Origin: Spongospora subterranea f. sp. subterranea | Lineage: Eukaryota | NCBI GenBank assembly: GCA_049724395.1 | Contig: JAUGWO010000046.1 | Coordinates: 186,001 to 250,000, forward strand | Direction of reading: 5' to 3' | DNA: 64,000 bases | Part shown: piece after piece, positions 12,904 to 26,926 of the stretch | Layout of the letters: every line of letters starts with the position of its first letter | How positions within the stretch are numbered: the stretch's first letter is position 1 | Position numbers and translations under genes: made by a program | The notes under the pieces: model-generated | The model's input: only the letters and a program-made list of their open reading frames with translations | The model's database searches: none | Told to the model about the DNA's origin: nothing

Positions 12904-14188
12904 ATGTCAGATGGGCCACATTCTCGGCCTCACATCATTGAGATCGTGAAAAAGCTCATCCATATTGTCTTATCCTCTAGGATATTGGCGGGAGAGAATG
13001 ATCCTAAAACGATATCGAGGTCATTCAACCTTGAGGTCACCGAGATGGAATCTGTCAAGAAGGCCCTGAACTCATTGACGTTAGATGTCGATACGGTACC
13101 AATCCGTTTCTGTGTTCTGAGGTCGCTGTTGATTTCCCATAACCACAGGCTATACCATTACATTTGGATATCTGCACATCGTCAAATACCAACCCTGAAG
13201 GTGTTCTTCTAGAGAGGTGGTCTCTGAATATTGTGAAACCGGCATCGCATAAGGCCATATCGTTAGATGATGTCTCCCATGCAACCACATTTCAACACGC
13301 CTTAATCATGTTAAGGTCATTACACTCGGCTCTAAGGATTCTTCCAGCCCATACATTATTCTGTTTGGGAGAATCTGCGTTATCTCGTCTAGATCCATTA
13401 CCTTTCGCGATATTCTTCTTTATCAACAGTGGCGCCCCTAGTCCTTGCAGAACATTTGACGGTGCGCATGTCAAGAACTTCGTATTCTCCCCCCTAAATA
13501 CTGGATTAACCGGTATACTTAACCTTTCTGTGTTCTATCGTACGAGAGTTCAATACACAGCTGCAATAGCGACACCCGATCTGGTGAAATCTCAAATCAT
13601 CTCGAACTACATCGCCCCTAGTCCAAGTCCTCGATCGCGATCTTGCGGTCACGATTCCAGTGTTTTACTACATGATCGGCAAGCGTTGGCGTTGACCGCT
13701 CAATCGTCTCAACTTGAACTATCGGGTGAGGTCGGTCCAGCTTTTGCTGGAAGGTCGACGTTCCGGATGACGCCAACCATATCCAGTCATATTCGCACCG
13801 AGCTTTCTGCCAATCAGGTCGCACAGATCACGTCGTCGTTCAAACCGTCGCCGTCCCCTCCGCTCTCGACCTCCCCGTTCGTTATTCACACCGAACATCT
13901 GCTGATGAATACAATATGCAACGATGGTCTGGGATTCGCTAGAACCGAACCCGGTGATTCTCATGCAGAGGTTGTTATCATCCTGTAATCTGGGCTTAAA
14001 CCACGAAATTGACACTTGGCTGTATCTATTCATAGGTTGGAGCATTCTTATCCGTCCTTAGGAATGCGCCATCCAAGTTGACCTCGCTAGAAACCGTTCA
14101 AGCCTCTGTAGATGATCTGTTTTGCGAGATCGATAGATGTCTTACTGTCAATTCTGCGCTGAAAAAACTGGTATTGCCAGGCAAGTAG
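12904..14188 (+). CDS. ATG13: Autophagy-related protein 13 (HORMA domain plus disordered tail)
   Basis: KLIHIVLSSR, RSFNLE, VLLERWSL, LIMLRSLHSALRILPAHTL and LNLSVFYR match the Atg13 HORMA pattern; Ser/Pro-rich C-terminus. Confidence 0.8.
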
Positions 14189-14730
14189 AATGGATTTTAA
14201 AAGGATCCAGCCTCATCGCAATCTTGCTGAGTCATGTTTCGGCACTGCCATATCAAAGCGTTCCTGTTCGACCCAATCGGTACATATGAGAGCATATGAA
14301 AAAAACAACAAGGACAAAAGAGTGTTTAATAGATGGAATTTCGATAGCTGCGTTCACCATAATAAATCAACATTGCGGCTAAACGATCGTTCCGGGTGGC
14401 AAACAAATTGCCGGCGGTTGTTTCTGAACTCACTGTATCGACCCTGACAGATCCATTTCCTACGTGTATTTGTACCGGTTTTTGACCATGACAAAAACAC
14501 AACGATGAACTGATTAGTAGTAGAAAAAATGCCTTGAATTTCCCAATTCAGGCCGAATATGGGCGTTAAATTTTCAAGTCCAGACGGAGACCTTGAAAAA
14601 AAAAAAACATTTTCATCGAGACCCTTGGGTACACAAGGTACAGTTCTACACTGTAGAGATTGTTTTAACACTGTCAGGATTTTGACAAGACAAGTGAGTT
14701 TCTGGCAAGTGGTCGAGTGAAGGCGTCGTC

Positions 14731-15486
14731 ATGGAGTTAATGCATGGGCCGACATTAACTGACCACTCGGCCGATAAACGGAAAGCGCCCAGCAGTGATT
14801 ACTGGAAATGGCGGGAAGACTACTCGCGGCGTAAGGTTGGGGTTTGCACAACCACGCCGCTCGGGGATTCTGCCCAGATTGGTTGACTTCTATGAAAGGC
14901 GCCCGACTCGGAGATGTACAAGACGTTGCTGAAGGAGCGGCAAATCGATGCAGATGTCGAGCAATCCTGGCCGCAGATCTTCCAGAATGCAGTCCTGTAC
15001 TTCAACGGTCGTACCGGGGAATATTCAGCGATCCATCTGGCGAATTTAGGTCGTCAACTTCATACTGAACGGTTTTTTATCTTCTGATTTTTTCCACGAT
15101 CAGTTCGTTTATGTGGGGGACAATCGGCTGCTTTGCTCGCCAAAAGACGAGTGACCCATGTCATTTGTGTCAATTTATCTGCTTCGAAGACTGGACAAAT
15201 CCAAACGTCGGGTTTGAAAAGCAAAATCCATTATGTGCGTCCTGGTAGGATATTTGCATTTAAATAGAGTTGGTGCAATTTCATTTAGGTTGTTGGGGCA
15301 GATTGGATTCTAGATTCTATACTTAAGAGGAGACGTCAGAGTGAGTTTTCTTATACTGTAATTCAGAAGGCGCTTGGCAATACCGCTATCACAGATTATT
15401 TCAAAAACTCAAAGAGTACGAGAACGATATCTCCACAAGGTTTCGATGAAAAGGCACCGAAGAAAGCGAAACTGATATCGAGATAA
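14731..15486 (+). CDS. Small single-BRCT-domain protein (REV1-type BRCT, no polymerase domain)
   Basis: Four exons read by eye: MELMHG...DYWKWREDYSRRK | APDSEMYK...IFQNAVLYFNGRTGEYSAIHLANL | VRLCGG...RVTHVICVNLSASK...HYVRP | DWILDSILKRRRQSEFSY...; not visible in the ORF track. Confidence 0.75.
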
Positions 15487-15516
15487 AACTGCTCAATGTC
15501 AGATCTGTAAATTAAA

Positions 15517-16339
15517 TTAACTGTAATGATGTTTAGATTGTTTAATTGTTGGGGATAGTGAAACTACATTTGTTGGGCTTATGTCTGCCATACGCGTCCT
15601 GGTTTCGTTCATTTGCAGTTTCAGCCTCCAATATCGTGATGGCTGTGGTGTTGTTAAAGGGGATACCATATCGGATCCATGCGCTCTGCGAACGTCGGCC
15701 GGCGATTTAAACATTGGCAAATCGATGGCGGTTGGCGTTTGCACTTTGATTGGCGACATTAACATCGCGTCGATCCTATCGGGAGATCGGTTTTGCTCAG
15801 CTCGCATAAATTCAGACATGATGGACGACGCCGATAATTTTGTGGAGCAATCTAAGGAAATATCCGTTATCGTTGAGGTTGACGAAACCGATGTTGATAT
15901 GACAGCTTGATATATCTCTGAACATGTTGGCCCATTCAGCATTATCCTAATGAAGAGTGATCGAGGAATATACCAGCCATGCAAAGAGATTCATCAACCT
16001 GGGCTGCTGCAGACACGGTGTCGGTGGTGGAACTGTTCAACTGATTAGGAACTCCATCTGGTGCTTCAGGATTCGCTGAAACCACATCGAGATTCTGAGC
16101 CAGCTAGTGGCAAGGTTTGGGTTGAGATATCGATTATGGTCGATGAAAAATACCTGTTCTAAAGGATCGTCAATGATAGTGGAATTTTGGGTAAATATCT
16201 CGGACGTGTCTGGAAAATTGAAATGATGAGGCAGTTGATCGAATGGGGAATGTGGTGCCCCTGGGTCTAGGTCAGATCGAGTGATGGAGCGGTGTTGGTG
16301 TTCACAATCGGTTTTGGGCGATACGGACCCCATCTCCAT
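15517..16339 (-). CDS. Hypothetical Ser/Pro-rich protein
   Basis: Two same-strand ORFs (16037-16339, 15517-15984) separated by an intron-sized gap; no family recognised. Confidence 0.5.
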
Positions 16340-16668
16340 GTACTGTTATTACCGCCACCACCAGGGTACCTGTGGTAGTTGTGTATTGGTTATGGGATTG
16401 GGGACACACCAAGTCTCTCACCAAATCCCATTCATTCCCCAATTGCGATCCAATACACCCGATAGCGGGCGAGGTAATCTTCAACAACTTCGGTCCTAAT
16501 TTCACTCATCTTGCGATTAATTGTCTAATCCAGCAACAACTCAACGACACATCAAGAAATGTTGGAAAACGTAAAAGTTCTGAGCTTTGAAGTTTATCGG
16601 TTTAGTTAATAAATAATATAAGCGATGAGTCATGTACATAGAGAAGGGTGAAACTGGTAAAATCATAT

Positions 16669-18372
16669 TTAGGTCTGAGACATTTCCCGATTATCATAGT
16701 CCTATTGAACGTGATCAATTTTGTGAACGGCTTGACACGAGGTGAAAGTTTACCCAGAACCCATTGATATCAGTAAGAATTGAGACAACGGTGGAACCAA
16801 CACCCGATACTATCAGATCATTCAAAGTAATCCGGTCTGATATTTTCGGATGAACCATGTCAAAAATTTCATTAGTCACATCTTCAATCCGCACTGCATC
16901 GATGCCGAATTCCGCCATCTTTGATAACACGCTCTATGAATTTGGAACGGTTAGGTTAGAGTTAACCTGACGATAGAAAATGACTGCAGACCTTGAAAAA
17001 TGTATGCAGTGTGTAAGCGGTAACGTACCCACATTCATCAACATCAAGGACTTTCCAGAAAAATCTTAAGGCTTGAGGAGAATCTCGTTTTTCTAGCGCT
17101 AGCTCTATGTCCAAGAATGTTTTATAATCCTAAAACACGTTTGAAACTGAGAAACATTGGAGGCCAGCAGAGGTAAATGTATGTACGAGTTCGCCTGAAT
17201 ATGTCCGAAGAACTTGAAACAAACGGTCGACAAAAAAGTCTGTCAGCACGCCATCCTGGTGTGCGGCGAATTCCGCCTTGCTTAACATCCCATTTTGATC
17301 TTTATCTAGTTTCAAATACGAACCTAAGCTGAATTCAGATTTCGTCAGAATTGGCGCTGTTGAGAACCTGTCCTAACCATAGACACGAAGCACGGAGGAT
17401 GCAGAGAACCAGGACTTGTTTTCTTCTCCGTCAGAAGGTGGATGCCTAAGTTCACTAAATTCTCGCATAAGTCGACTGGTTACAAGATCGCTTATTTTGA
17501 TTCTGCCTGATGAAGGTCTCAATAACACAAAAACTGCAGATTAGTGCACGAAAAGGACCTTTTTTTGATGGATCCAAGACGAAGAATATATACCGTGAAG
17601 CGGTGTAAACGTAGAACTGATAAAATGCTTCATCCAATGCCCGGAGTTGACACATATCGGGGATTTCTTCAAAAATATATCGATCTACATCATGCTCGGA
17701 TAGGTAACCTTGACCGGAAGTATCTAATGAAGTTAGTGATATTCGAAGCGAGTCAGCCGCCACTAGCGTTCCACAGTCAGCGCAGGAACCCAGTTGACGC
17801 AAGACTGCAATACCTTTGAGAACAATATAGTGATATAAGGCTCCACTATTGATCCTGGTGCGGTCATCTCTGGAAAATCGAGCGAAAACCAGAGGCTTAA
17901 AGAAAGAGCGAACTCTAAGAGGGCATCGGTTTCGAACTTCGCGAAACCCTCCATAACCAATCTGAGAAGACATCAGTAAGACAATATGCACTTGTTTCGA
18001 CACATCCTACCAAATCATAAGATTCGCCATCTTTTTCCACTCTGACCGAAAACTGCATTAACAAGTTGAATACCACATCCAAGTCGTTGTCATCAGGCAG
18101 TTCCGCATCTGTGTTGTGGGAGACAAAGGGAATTAAACTTCGGAGCCATTATAATGGTGCGTCTAACCTTTTTTGTCCAGAAATTTTCGCCTAGCTTCAT
18201 CCAGAACCATACTGGAAAGCTGGCTGTCGTTCGTCTGGGGAAAATAAAAGCAAGGTATACCAGCTTTTTCGTTCACAGTAGGCACAATCGGCCAGCTGGT
18301 CTTGGCTGAGGCTGTTCTACATCGGGCGACCCCGTCCTGGTCGGCACCAGATTCGCAATGGCTCATTACCAT
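16669..18372 (-). CDS. PPP2R3C: PP2A regulatory subunit B'' gamma (TON2/FASS-type), EF-hand
   Basis: IPCFYF; FYQFYVYTASRYIFFVLDP; YLKLDKDQNGMLSKAEF; FVDRLFQ; DVTNEIFDMVHP...ITLNDL...SILTDINGFW|DYDNRE. Confidence 0.9.
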
Positions 18373-18846
18373 ATCTGTTGATCATGTACGGAATGAGCTG
18401 ATTAACCGAATGAGTATATAGCCGCACAGGAGAGGGACGACAGGTAACAGTAACGGACGACTGTGAGAGAAGGCTGCTGCTGCTGCTGCTGGCCTCCTCC
18501 GCTCTCTCGTAAGTCGTAACGAATCCTCTATATCAGTAATGATGATGGACGGCGTTACATGTGTTGGCCGTGTCGTGGCTCTGGGCAAATATTACTGGGC
18601 CTGGCAAAGGCGACACTCAGGTACCTCGACCAGTCAGGGGTTTCCTTCTCGTTGTTATCTTCGGAGCGCCGCCTACCTTCATTTCAATGTCTACAAACAG
18701 GGAGTCGGCTCAATATTTCGATTTTTGTATAAACAGCGATTGCCGTTCTGCATCGGTTGCCCTTTTCGCGTTTTAACAGCTTCAGCTAATTTGATGTTTT
18801 AATAGTAATCGTGAGTTCTGAAAATTAAAGAAAAAGGACGGGGCAA

Positions 18847-20949
18847 TTACAAATTAGAGGGTGAAGGTTGCGGTTGGATTCTGTTGGGCGACGGTACAGT
18901 ATGACTACCCATCTCCAAGCTTTTAACATATTCACCAACGCTCTGTGTTGGAACTAGATCGGTTTTGTCATTGTGTTGGATTTCCTACTCAACATTTGCA
19001 TCAAACTCATGGAGATATTGTTATCAGCAAAGCTGTCCTTACAACTAAACCTCTTGTCAGGTCGCGCCCAATCACAATTTTAATGGGAAACCCAATCAGA
19101 TCAGCTTGACGAAATTTAACTCCCAAGTTCATATCGTATCTATCGTCCAATACAATATCGCCTTTGTATCCTGGCTGCAACTGCAATTCGTCATATATAT
19201 CGTGGGCCGCGTCAATAGCTTCCCGAGCGTTAGACCCAAGAATGACGGCCTTGTATGGCGCTATTGGCAGCGGCCAACGAATTGTGCCTGACGAGGATCC
19301 AGTACACGATGACTCGACAACGGCTTGCATGATTCGTGTGAGACCCAAACCATAACATCCCATGTTAAAGAAGTCTGTGGAGCCGTCAGCTCGTTTGAAT
19401 GATGCATTGAGCTTCTTGGAATATTTCGTGCCGAGATGGAATATATGGCCAACTTCAATACCACGTGTCGCCTTTAGTCCTGAACCCTCACAATGGTTTA
19501 TGCATCGATCGCCTGGAAGAACAGTCTGATTGCCAAATATCAAATGCGAAATGGGAATGAAAAGGTCTTCGCAATGCAGTTTCTACCTTACAATGAATAT
19601 GGAGTTGATTTGAATCCCGAACTCCATGAGCGATATCGATATCAATCATGTTTACCGTATTAGAAATAGGTCTAATAGCAGACCTGTCTTGGTCGGTCAA
19701 CAGTCGGCATGGTTTATTCAGCTGTCGCTGCAACAGATGAAGGTTAGGCTGTCTGCCTTTACCCACTTTAACCGTGAAGATCGCTTCGGGAGCCGGATCA
19801 TCAGTTATTAGATCTTAACCAGATTCAGTTGCTAACAGATATATATTGGGAGGTCTTTATTCGTTGAACTTACCCGTCGTGCAAAGGAACTCATCGTGAT
19901 CTGTTGAGTTCACGGATTCTGGTGCTATCGATACGGCTGTCTCTAAATTAGCAGCATATCCACAGGAATCGCACATTAGAAGGTTGTCGTCAGCGCCATG
20001 ATCTGACAATATATGGAACTCGTGTGAAAGGTTTCCTCCAATTGTTCCACTATCAGCCAATACTCTATGGACCTGTCAATCCTATCGACTTCAGTAATCT
20101 CAAATACACATTGCAGGACGAGAGTGTTCTGACAGGAATTCCAATGCGCCTGAATATCTGAAAGTACGCATTAGACACGGCATGATAAGTTTCAGTAGCT
20201 TTTTCCTGAGATTCATCAAAAGAATACATGTCCTGTAGACTGAGGTCATAATCGAAATGTCAATTCACCATCCGATGCAAACAACACCTTCATTAAAAAC
20301 TCTCGGCACCGCAGCAGCCCAAATCTCGGCCGGATTTCGTCGCGGAACTTGGTGTTAATTTGGTGTAAACGAATCGGCAGAGAACGATACGATAACGATT
20401 CATTGCCCAGTAAATTTGTAATTTCCTATGTTAATCGTTAATCTATTTCTCATCCCTTTCTTTCGGTGCGGTAACCTCTTCGCAAGTTGGTGGCTAAACA
20501 GAATTGCTGACCATTTCGATCAACAAACTTGAAAATCTATTTTGAATTGGTTTACTACCAAATCTGAACCGATCTTGCTGTAATGACTGACCTCTTTACC
20601 ACATTCGTTCCATCGCCCTGTGGTTTCCCATAAACTGGACCCGCTCAAGCAGGGAATCTGGATTCGCTGCGACGAAATGGCGCTCATCTCGGATTCCACA
20701 ATATCCTCTACTTTCTTAAGGATCCTCATCGCCAATGGCATCAAAGTATAAACCCCCGGTTCAGACTAAGAGAGGAACCGGTCAGTTTCGACCATGAGCG
20801 ATTTGACTCGGTTTTGTGTCAACCTTCCGGATGAGCCCAGATCGGACCATGAGCTGATGCCCAGGCAAGACGACATCGGAAGGCGCCTGCTTTAGCATCG
20901 GGATAAACAGCTGCGACATTGCCAGCCGAGACCGGCTCAGCGAGGTCAT
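18847..20949 (-). CDS. PARS2: Prolyl-tRNA synthetase, bacterial/mitochondrial type
   Basis: [89 protein letters not shown] anticodon-binding domain. Confidence 0.93.
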
Positions 20950-21111
20950 TGGTTGATGAACCGGTTCCCCTCCGAGTGATTTGGTCAACGGGGCAACTGC
21001 ATTTGGGCACGGTGCTGTCGCGCAGTTGACCACTTCGCAACCTGTACAGATCTGAAACGTTGTGCCCACTCTGGCCAGGGCCAGGGGCCAGGGGTCAGGG
21101 CCACTCTCGTC

Positions 21112-23447
21112 ATGGAACTGGATGGCGGCTCTATCTATAATAGAGTGAAGAGCATCCTGTACGCGCCGGTTCATGAGTGCGATGACACATTTTTCGATAA
21201 AGCTGTTCATTGGTTCGCCAAGGTCTGTACACTTTGTCATTTGAGATCAACCATGAGGCAACCAACTTCGGTGTATGAGGAACTGCCAATATTGTCAAAC
21301 GTCGCTTTTGCCGTTCTTTCCTATTTTGATTCGCTTGTGCTGACTTGAATATTGCAGATCTGCCAGAATGTTAATACATGTGAACTTATTGAATCCCATC
21401 GTATCCTTACTCTGATACAACCCGGTCTTGTTCACCACGATGCTCGTGTCATTGCAGGTAGGTTCTTATAGAATCCGATTTTTTATTTGTTAAAAATAAT
21501 CGTTTCAGCTTGTATCATGCTTTTGGCCAATATTATTAGCCATGCCGATCTGCCGATGCCTTCATCTCTTCTCTACACTATTTCCAACATCTTCACCTTC
21601 TGTTCATACGAGGCTGATATTGATGGCGCCCATCCTAGAGTCAGAACTGCAGCGTTGACAGCAGTTAACGCCATGACGGAGCGTGATCCCAAATTTCTAC
21701 GAATGCACCTTGATCAGATATCCAATATAGCAAAAAAAGCGCTCTCAGATTCAAATCTGTACGTTAGGCAGCAATCATCGAGACTCGCTGCTACCTGCAT
21801 CTTAAATCAAGGAGATTTGTCAATACGAGAATGTCTATTGTCTCGGCATGTGGACATTCTCGAAAGCGCCATCGATGCTGTTTACATTCTCGCGCAATGC
21901 GAGACGGGCCTCTTCATCATTCGCAATCACGATGTGGTAAGATAGCGAATTTGAAAACTTGGCCGGCAAAGAAATGACTATAATCACTGTAGGTGAAGTT
22001 GATGCTGGAACATTCGTGCTCGGAAAGATTCAGCGGTAAAATTTATAATGTAATTTCTATACTCGGTCCATTGTCTGCTGCCGAAGTTGATTCTCTAATT
22101 CGGCTTATGAGACAATCGTCAAATTCCAAGGACCAGGTACGATCTGGTTTCCTCACGTATGCTATCGTTTGTGATTTGTTTGTAAGTCGAGGGTACATCA
22201 TGCCCTTCGTCTGGCGTCATGTTTGGCGGGAATTCCTGCTGCCGACGAGCTCTTTCCCGTTGTTCTCAAAATGACTGCTTTTCATGGGTCTATGATCAAA
22301 GCATTTGTCCATCCTTGGCTCAATTCACCGGATCGATTATCAAAGGCTATTTCCGGTATTCACGTTCTCCCTTATAGTGCTGTTGTTAACTTGATTCAGA
22401 GGTTGTATTGCCTAATGTTGCCCAATATCAAATGGAGGTCATTCTGTGTTTGTTGGAAATCCCTACTCATCTCATAGCAGAATTGAGACGTGATATCTTA
22501 GCTGACATGATTTCAAAACTTATCGCCATGTTCTCCACGTCTCTCAACCAGTAAGTAGTTCCCTTCTTCCTAGGCATTTAATAAGACTCTGCTCCAGCAT
22601 CCAATCAGCTATCGAACGACTGATCTCACGATTTCTGTCGAACGATAAGATATATGATTTCATGCTAACCGACGGGGGGTTTGTACGATTAGTCACGGAA
22701 TCGCTGAACGGACGCTCTCATTCAAGTCGGGCAATCCTAGTACTATTGTCAAACCTCACAAGCCCCGATACTCTTCGATCTGCCATTCCTGATGTACATC
22801 ACCTTCTTATCAAAATGTTAAAGGGCTGTACTGATACCGACATCATAGTCCATGCTTTATCAGCTATAGAGAACTTTCACCAGGTTTGCCGACTCGTCAA
22901 TTGCCATAACTTGCTGTTTAACTGCATATCTCCCCGATAGGCTTCCAATGAAACCGGTATCCATAGTCTACTGGAAATGATTCTCTCAACATTTCTGTTC
23001 CATTGCGAATCGTCAGTTCGCTATCGGGTTATTCTGTTTTTGTCGAAAACCCTTACATTTCCTGAGCATCCCGTTTACATCGAATTCCTCAAAACACATA
23101 CGATCACATTAAGTCAGTATATAGGAACGTTAGAGGAAGAACTAGATCGCGATGTTCTTCTTGCTGTTGTCGGCTTTCTCGTTAAACTGGCTGAAATCAG
23201 CAGGTCCTTGTTCAAGGATATCAACGGATTCGATGCGCTTTGGCGACTAAGCCGAAATAGTTTGCGTTGCGTCAGGCTTGAGGCAAATCGTTCAATTCTG
23301 TCATCAATTTCGATTGAGCGGGGAAGGGGAGATGAGGAAACTCTGTTGTCAAAGCAAATTTCGTACGATGAAGAGGAGATATCTAGAATAGAAACTGATG
23401 GGTTTCCTGATGTGAACGCTCTAGAAACAACTACAGGTTGCTATTGA
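21112..23447 (+). CDS. ARM/HEAT-repeat protein
   Basis: Successive Leu-rich helical ORFs (HPRVRTAALTAV, DSNLYVRQQSSRL, IIVHALSAIENF, ESSVRYRVILFL) separated by short introns. Confidence 0.65.
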
Positions 23448-23461
23448 GAGTCAATACATTA

Positions 23462-25144
23462 TTATTTTATTCTGAAGGAACCCTTCTCCGGATCGCCCGA
23501 GCTTCATTATAAAGACGGCGTTGTCTTTTCCGACATTTGCTCGTTGTCAACTGGTAAAGGTAGCTAAATGGAAGCAATATCGTGGAAAGTCCTACTATGA
23601 ATCAGATGATGTTTCGCGTAATTTTGCACCATTACCCAAGACAAAAAAGGATATCGCATACTCTTGAATAGCGCTGGAAGTTGAAGCGGTTGCCTTTTGA
23701 TGTATTTTGGTTTGATTGGCGTCTATTTTCTCCATGAGGCTGTCCAAGCTACGTTTGAACCCAAGAGTAAGCTTTTGCAGTTTATCGTTGTGTTTGCGCT
23801 CGGCTTCGGATATCAGCGCCATCATCTTTGGCTCAAGGTCGTTGATCTCAAACTCTAATCTATTGCACTTATTATACTCAGTATATCACTAGTGACGAAA
23901 CAAGTTAACCTTTGAATAGCTGGGAGCAAATTTCCGAGTAGATCTGGGTCTCCTAATCTGTCGATGATATCCTGTTGTAATTGAAGCTGCTGATGAAGTT
24001 CTAGCAATGAACTCGAAGCACTCTTGGAAAATTGTTCGAACTTTTCAATAGCTACCTCTAGTGGCTCGGAAATCTGGTGACCCTGTACTGGAGACGCTGA
24101 CTGCGATATGTGGGTGGAGGCAATTCCATTCAAAGGTGATTGATATCCTGAAGATGGAGATCCAAATGTAGGCCGCACTGGGCTTACATTTGGACTAGCA
24201 TATACTTCCTAATCAAAATCAAATCACCACCTTCTCCAATCACAAAGCCGATATTGCTAACATTTTCAAGGGGTGTAGTTGCTTCATCGAGCGAAGCTTT
24301 GTAGTACTCTGCTAAGCCACATCCTTATCAGCGCCAAAACAAAAAGAATACTCAGAGATACCGTTTGCGTCATCTCTTTCGCTGGCTCCCTGTACAGTTC
24401 CAGTGCTATCGTTGTCAATTAACTGTACACGATTGAGTTGGTATCAAAGAAGCGAACGATACGACATACGTCGGTAGCATCGGTATTGTCAGAATGCAGA
24501 TCTTCCTTTTCATTGGCGTCGCCTCGATTTGCCTTTTTCCTGAGCTTGAGATGCTCAAAGAGGGCAGTCATTGCCTCTTTAACGGGAGGACCTTCCTGTG
24601 ATCCTTGATCATCATCTGGACCATTGGAGATCGCCCCTAACATGACGCTTAACTGCAAGCATTATAGCAAAGCCACACGAGGAAGCACTTCTGCCGATGT
24701 GAGCCTCTTTCCATTTTTTCAGGGGGTCCACAAACTGGGTATCTTTCCATTTTTTCAACGGATCGGAAAACGGAATTTTCCCGAACAAACGCGCCCTCAT
24801 TGATTCACTAGGAGCTTTTTCTTCTTCATTAATTTCCGGGACATCATTAAAAGTGACCCTGAAGGGATGATGTCAGGCGTCCCGAGGAGTCCATTGAACG
24901 GTTCACATTGATACCCTCGTGACGACTTATCCTCTAGGTCTGACCAACCTGTTGTTCTACTGGCGCCCAAATGACGGTTTGACACTGGAAACATGGTGAG
25001 ATCAAAACAAATCAAAGCGCGATTTATATCTCTCTAACGCATCTGTTTGCGCTGGGCCCTTAATGGAACACTTCTTGAGCTAGCGGGCCCATCCTTCTTG
25101 GACACATACTTTTCTGATAGCTCCTTAAGGTTCCGTTCGAGCAT
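23462..25144 (-). CDS. Hypothetical multi-exon protein with C-terminal coiled coil
   Basis: Chain of minus-strand ORFs with intron-like gaps; no family recognised; boundaries approximate. Confidence 0.5.
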
Positions 25145-25717
25145 CGTGTTTTTCGTATCGGGTTCTTCGTAAAATGTACCCGTTCAGAAAAAGGAACATT
25201 CTTTAACCTATCAATGCCGAAATACCAGGAGTCGGAACCGTTTCTGCAGATTTTGGCGGACCGACCGCTATTCCATATGCATCCTTATTCAGTAAAAGCT
25301 GCAATTTATCGCGGCGAATATCCCGCTGCCTAGCCGAGCTCATACGTTGAGGTCGGCCGCTAGACCGCCCGGCAAATGCTGCCGCCGTATGCGATCGTCA
25401 GCGATATTTATTATATGAAAATGAAGGTGCAGTAAAAGGGGTCCTGTGTTATAATATACAGATGGAGCGGCGACCGCCTCTCCTGTCGAACAATCTCGAA
25501 CAATGTAACAAACAGTGACAGCGCAACCCCTGAAACACAATACTGCCACAACAGAGGACCATTGATAAACGACCAGAGATTCCCGACCAACCACCTCAGT
25601 ATTGTTCGGTGTTCGCCGAAATCGGCGAATGGGCAGCAATCCGAGGTCGTCGAGAATGGCGAACACCGGAAAGATTGCGTGAACAAGATTCATGAATATA
25701 ATGGCGCATTAATATCG

Positions 25718-26891
25718 ATGGATGACGACACTGGGTTCGACGAGCTCAACCTTGTCAGCGAACGATTGACTGAGTTTCCGCCGCTGTCCCACCCACCTCC
25801 TAAGGTCTCGGCTGTGACTGCTGTTTTTGTTTTCGACCGCCAATTGACGACGTTATTTTAGGCGTTAATTTTACGCCAGAACGAAATATCTGATATTCCA
25901 GTTTTAAGGGATGACATTGCTGAAACGATAGAGCAGTTGGATCTCTACATTAACGAGATCAAAACTATAAAAAACCTGGACAATTTCTCGAATCTTCGCA
26001 TGTTAGATTTATCGTTTAATCAAATTAGACACATGGAAGGACTAGGTGGTTTGCATACGCTAGAGCAACTATTCTTGATTAACAACAAGGTATGCATTAT
26101 TTTGCCCAGTTGTGTAGAACATTCTTATGCTTTTGGTTGTTTTCAGTTCACGTCTATTGGCTCGCTGAGGGGACTGTCTTCTTTGAAACTCTTAGAACTC
26201 GGCGGAAATCGTATAAAAGCGATCGAAAATCTCTCTGTGTTGGCGCCTACGCTTACTAGTCTATGGTGATACTATACTGGTATCAACCTCTGTGGGCACC
26301 TGAAATCCTTCATAGGCTTGGTAAAAATAAGATCGAGGTTATAGAAAACGTTGATTCCCTGGTGCATTTGTCAATCCTCGACATCCAGGTAGCCAAATCG
26401 CTCTTGTCTTCAATACTGTTTCAATATGATAACAGAGCAACCGCCTCACAGAAATCGGGGAGGGTCTTAAAAATTTGTCAAATCTACAAGAATTGTATCT
26501 AAGTCATAACGCCATCACATCATGCAAAGGGATCGAAACGTTGACCAATTTGAGAACATTGGATCTCGGCGCTAACCGAATTCAACATATTAGTGGGATA
26601 GCACGCCTGGTTCTGTTAGAAGAGCTTTGGGTTAGCAATAATTGTTAGTGCTCATACTATCTGTCATTGTGCTGTTGATTCATGTGAATAACTTTTACAG
26701 TGCTAGAAGATCTGGAAGAAGTCATCGAGGAGCTTCAATCACTGAAGTGTCTTCACACGGTGTATCTCGAATGGAATCCATTATGTCAAACTGATGACTA
26801 TAGGACCATCGTTCCATTGCGGCTCACTACACTCAAACAGCTAGATGCCATCCCACTTCCGTTTTCAAAATCGTATGCAACGGCGACATGA
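25718..26891 (+). CDS. SDS22: Protein phosphatase 1 regulatory subunit 7 / Sds22 (LRR)
   Basis: SDS22-type LRRs: LILRQNEI, LDLYINEIKTIKNL, LDLSFNQIRHMEGL, LELGGNRIKAIENL, LGKNKIEVIEN, LYLSHN, plus LRR cap TVYLEWNPL...LKQLDA; the true start may lie upstream (~25460). Confidence 0.88.
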
Positions 26892-26926
26892 TATGTCTTT
26901 TGTAAATACTGTTACGATTATTTTTT

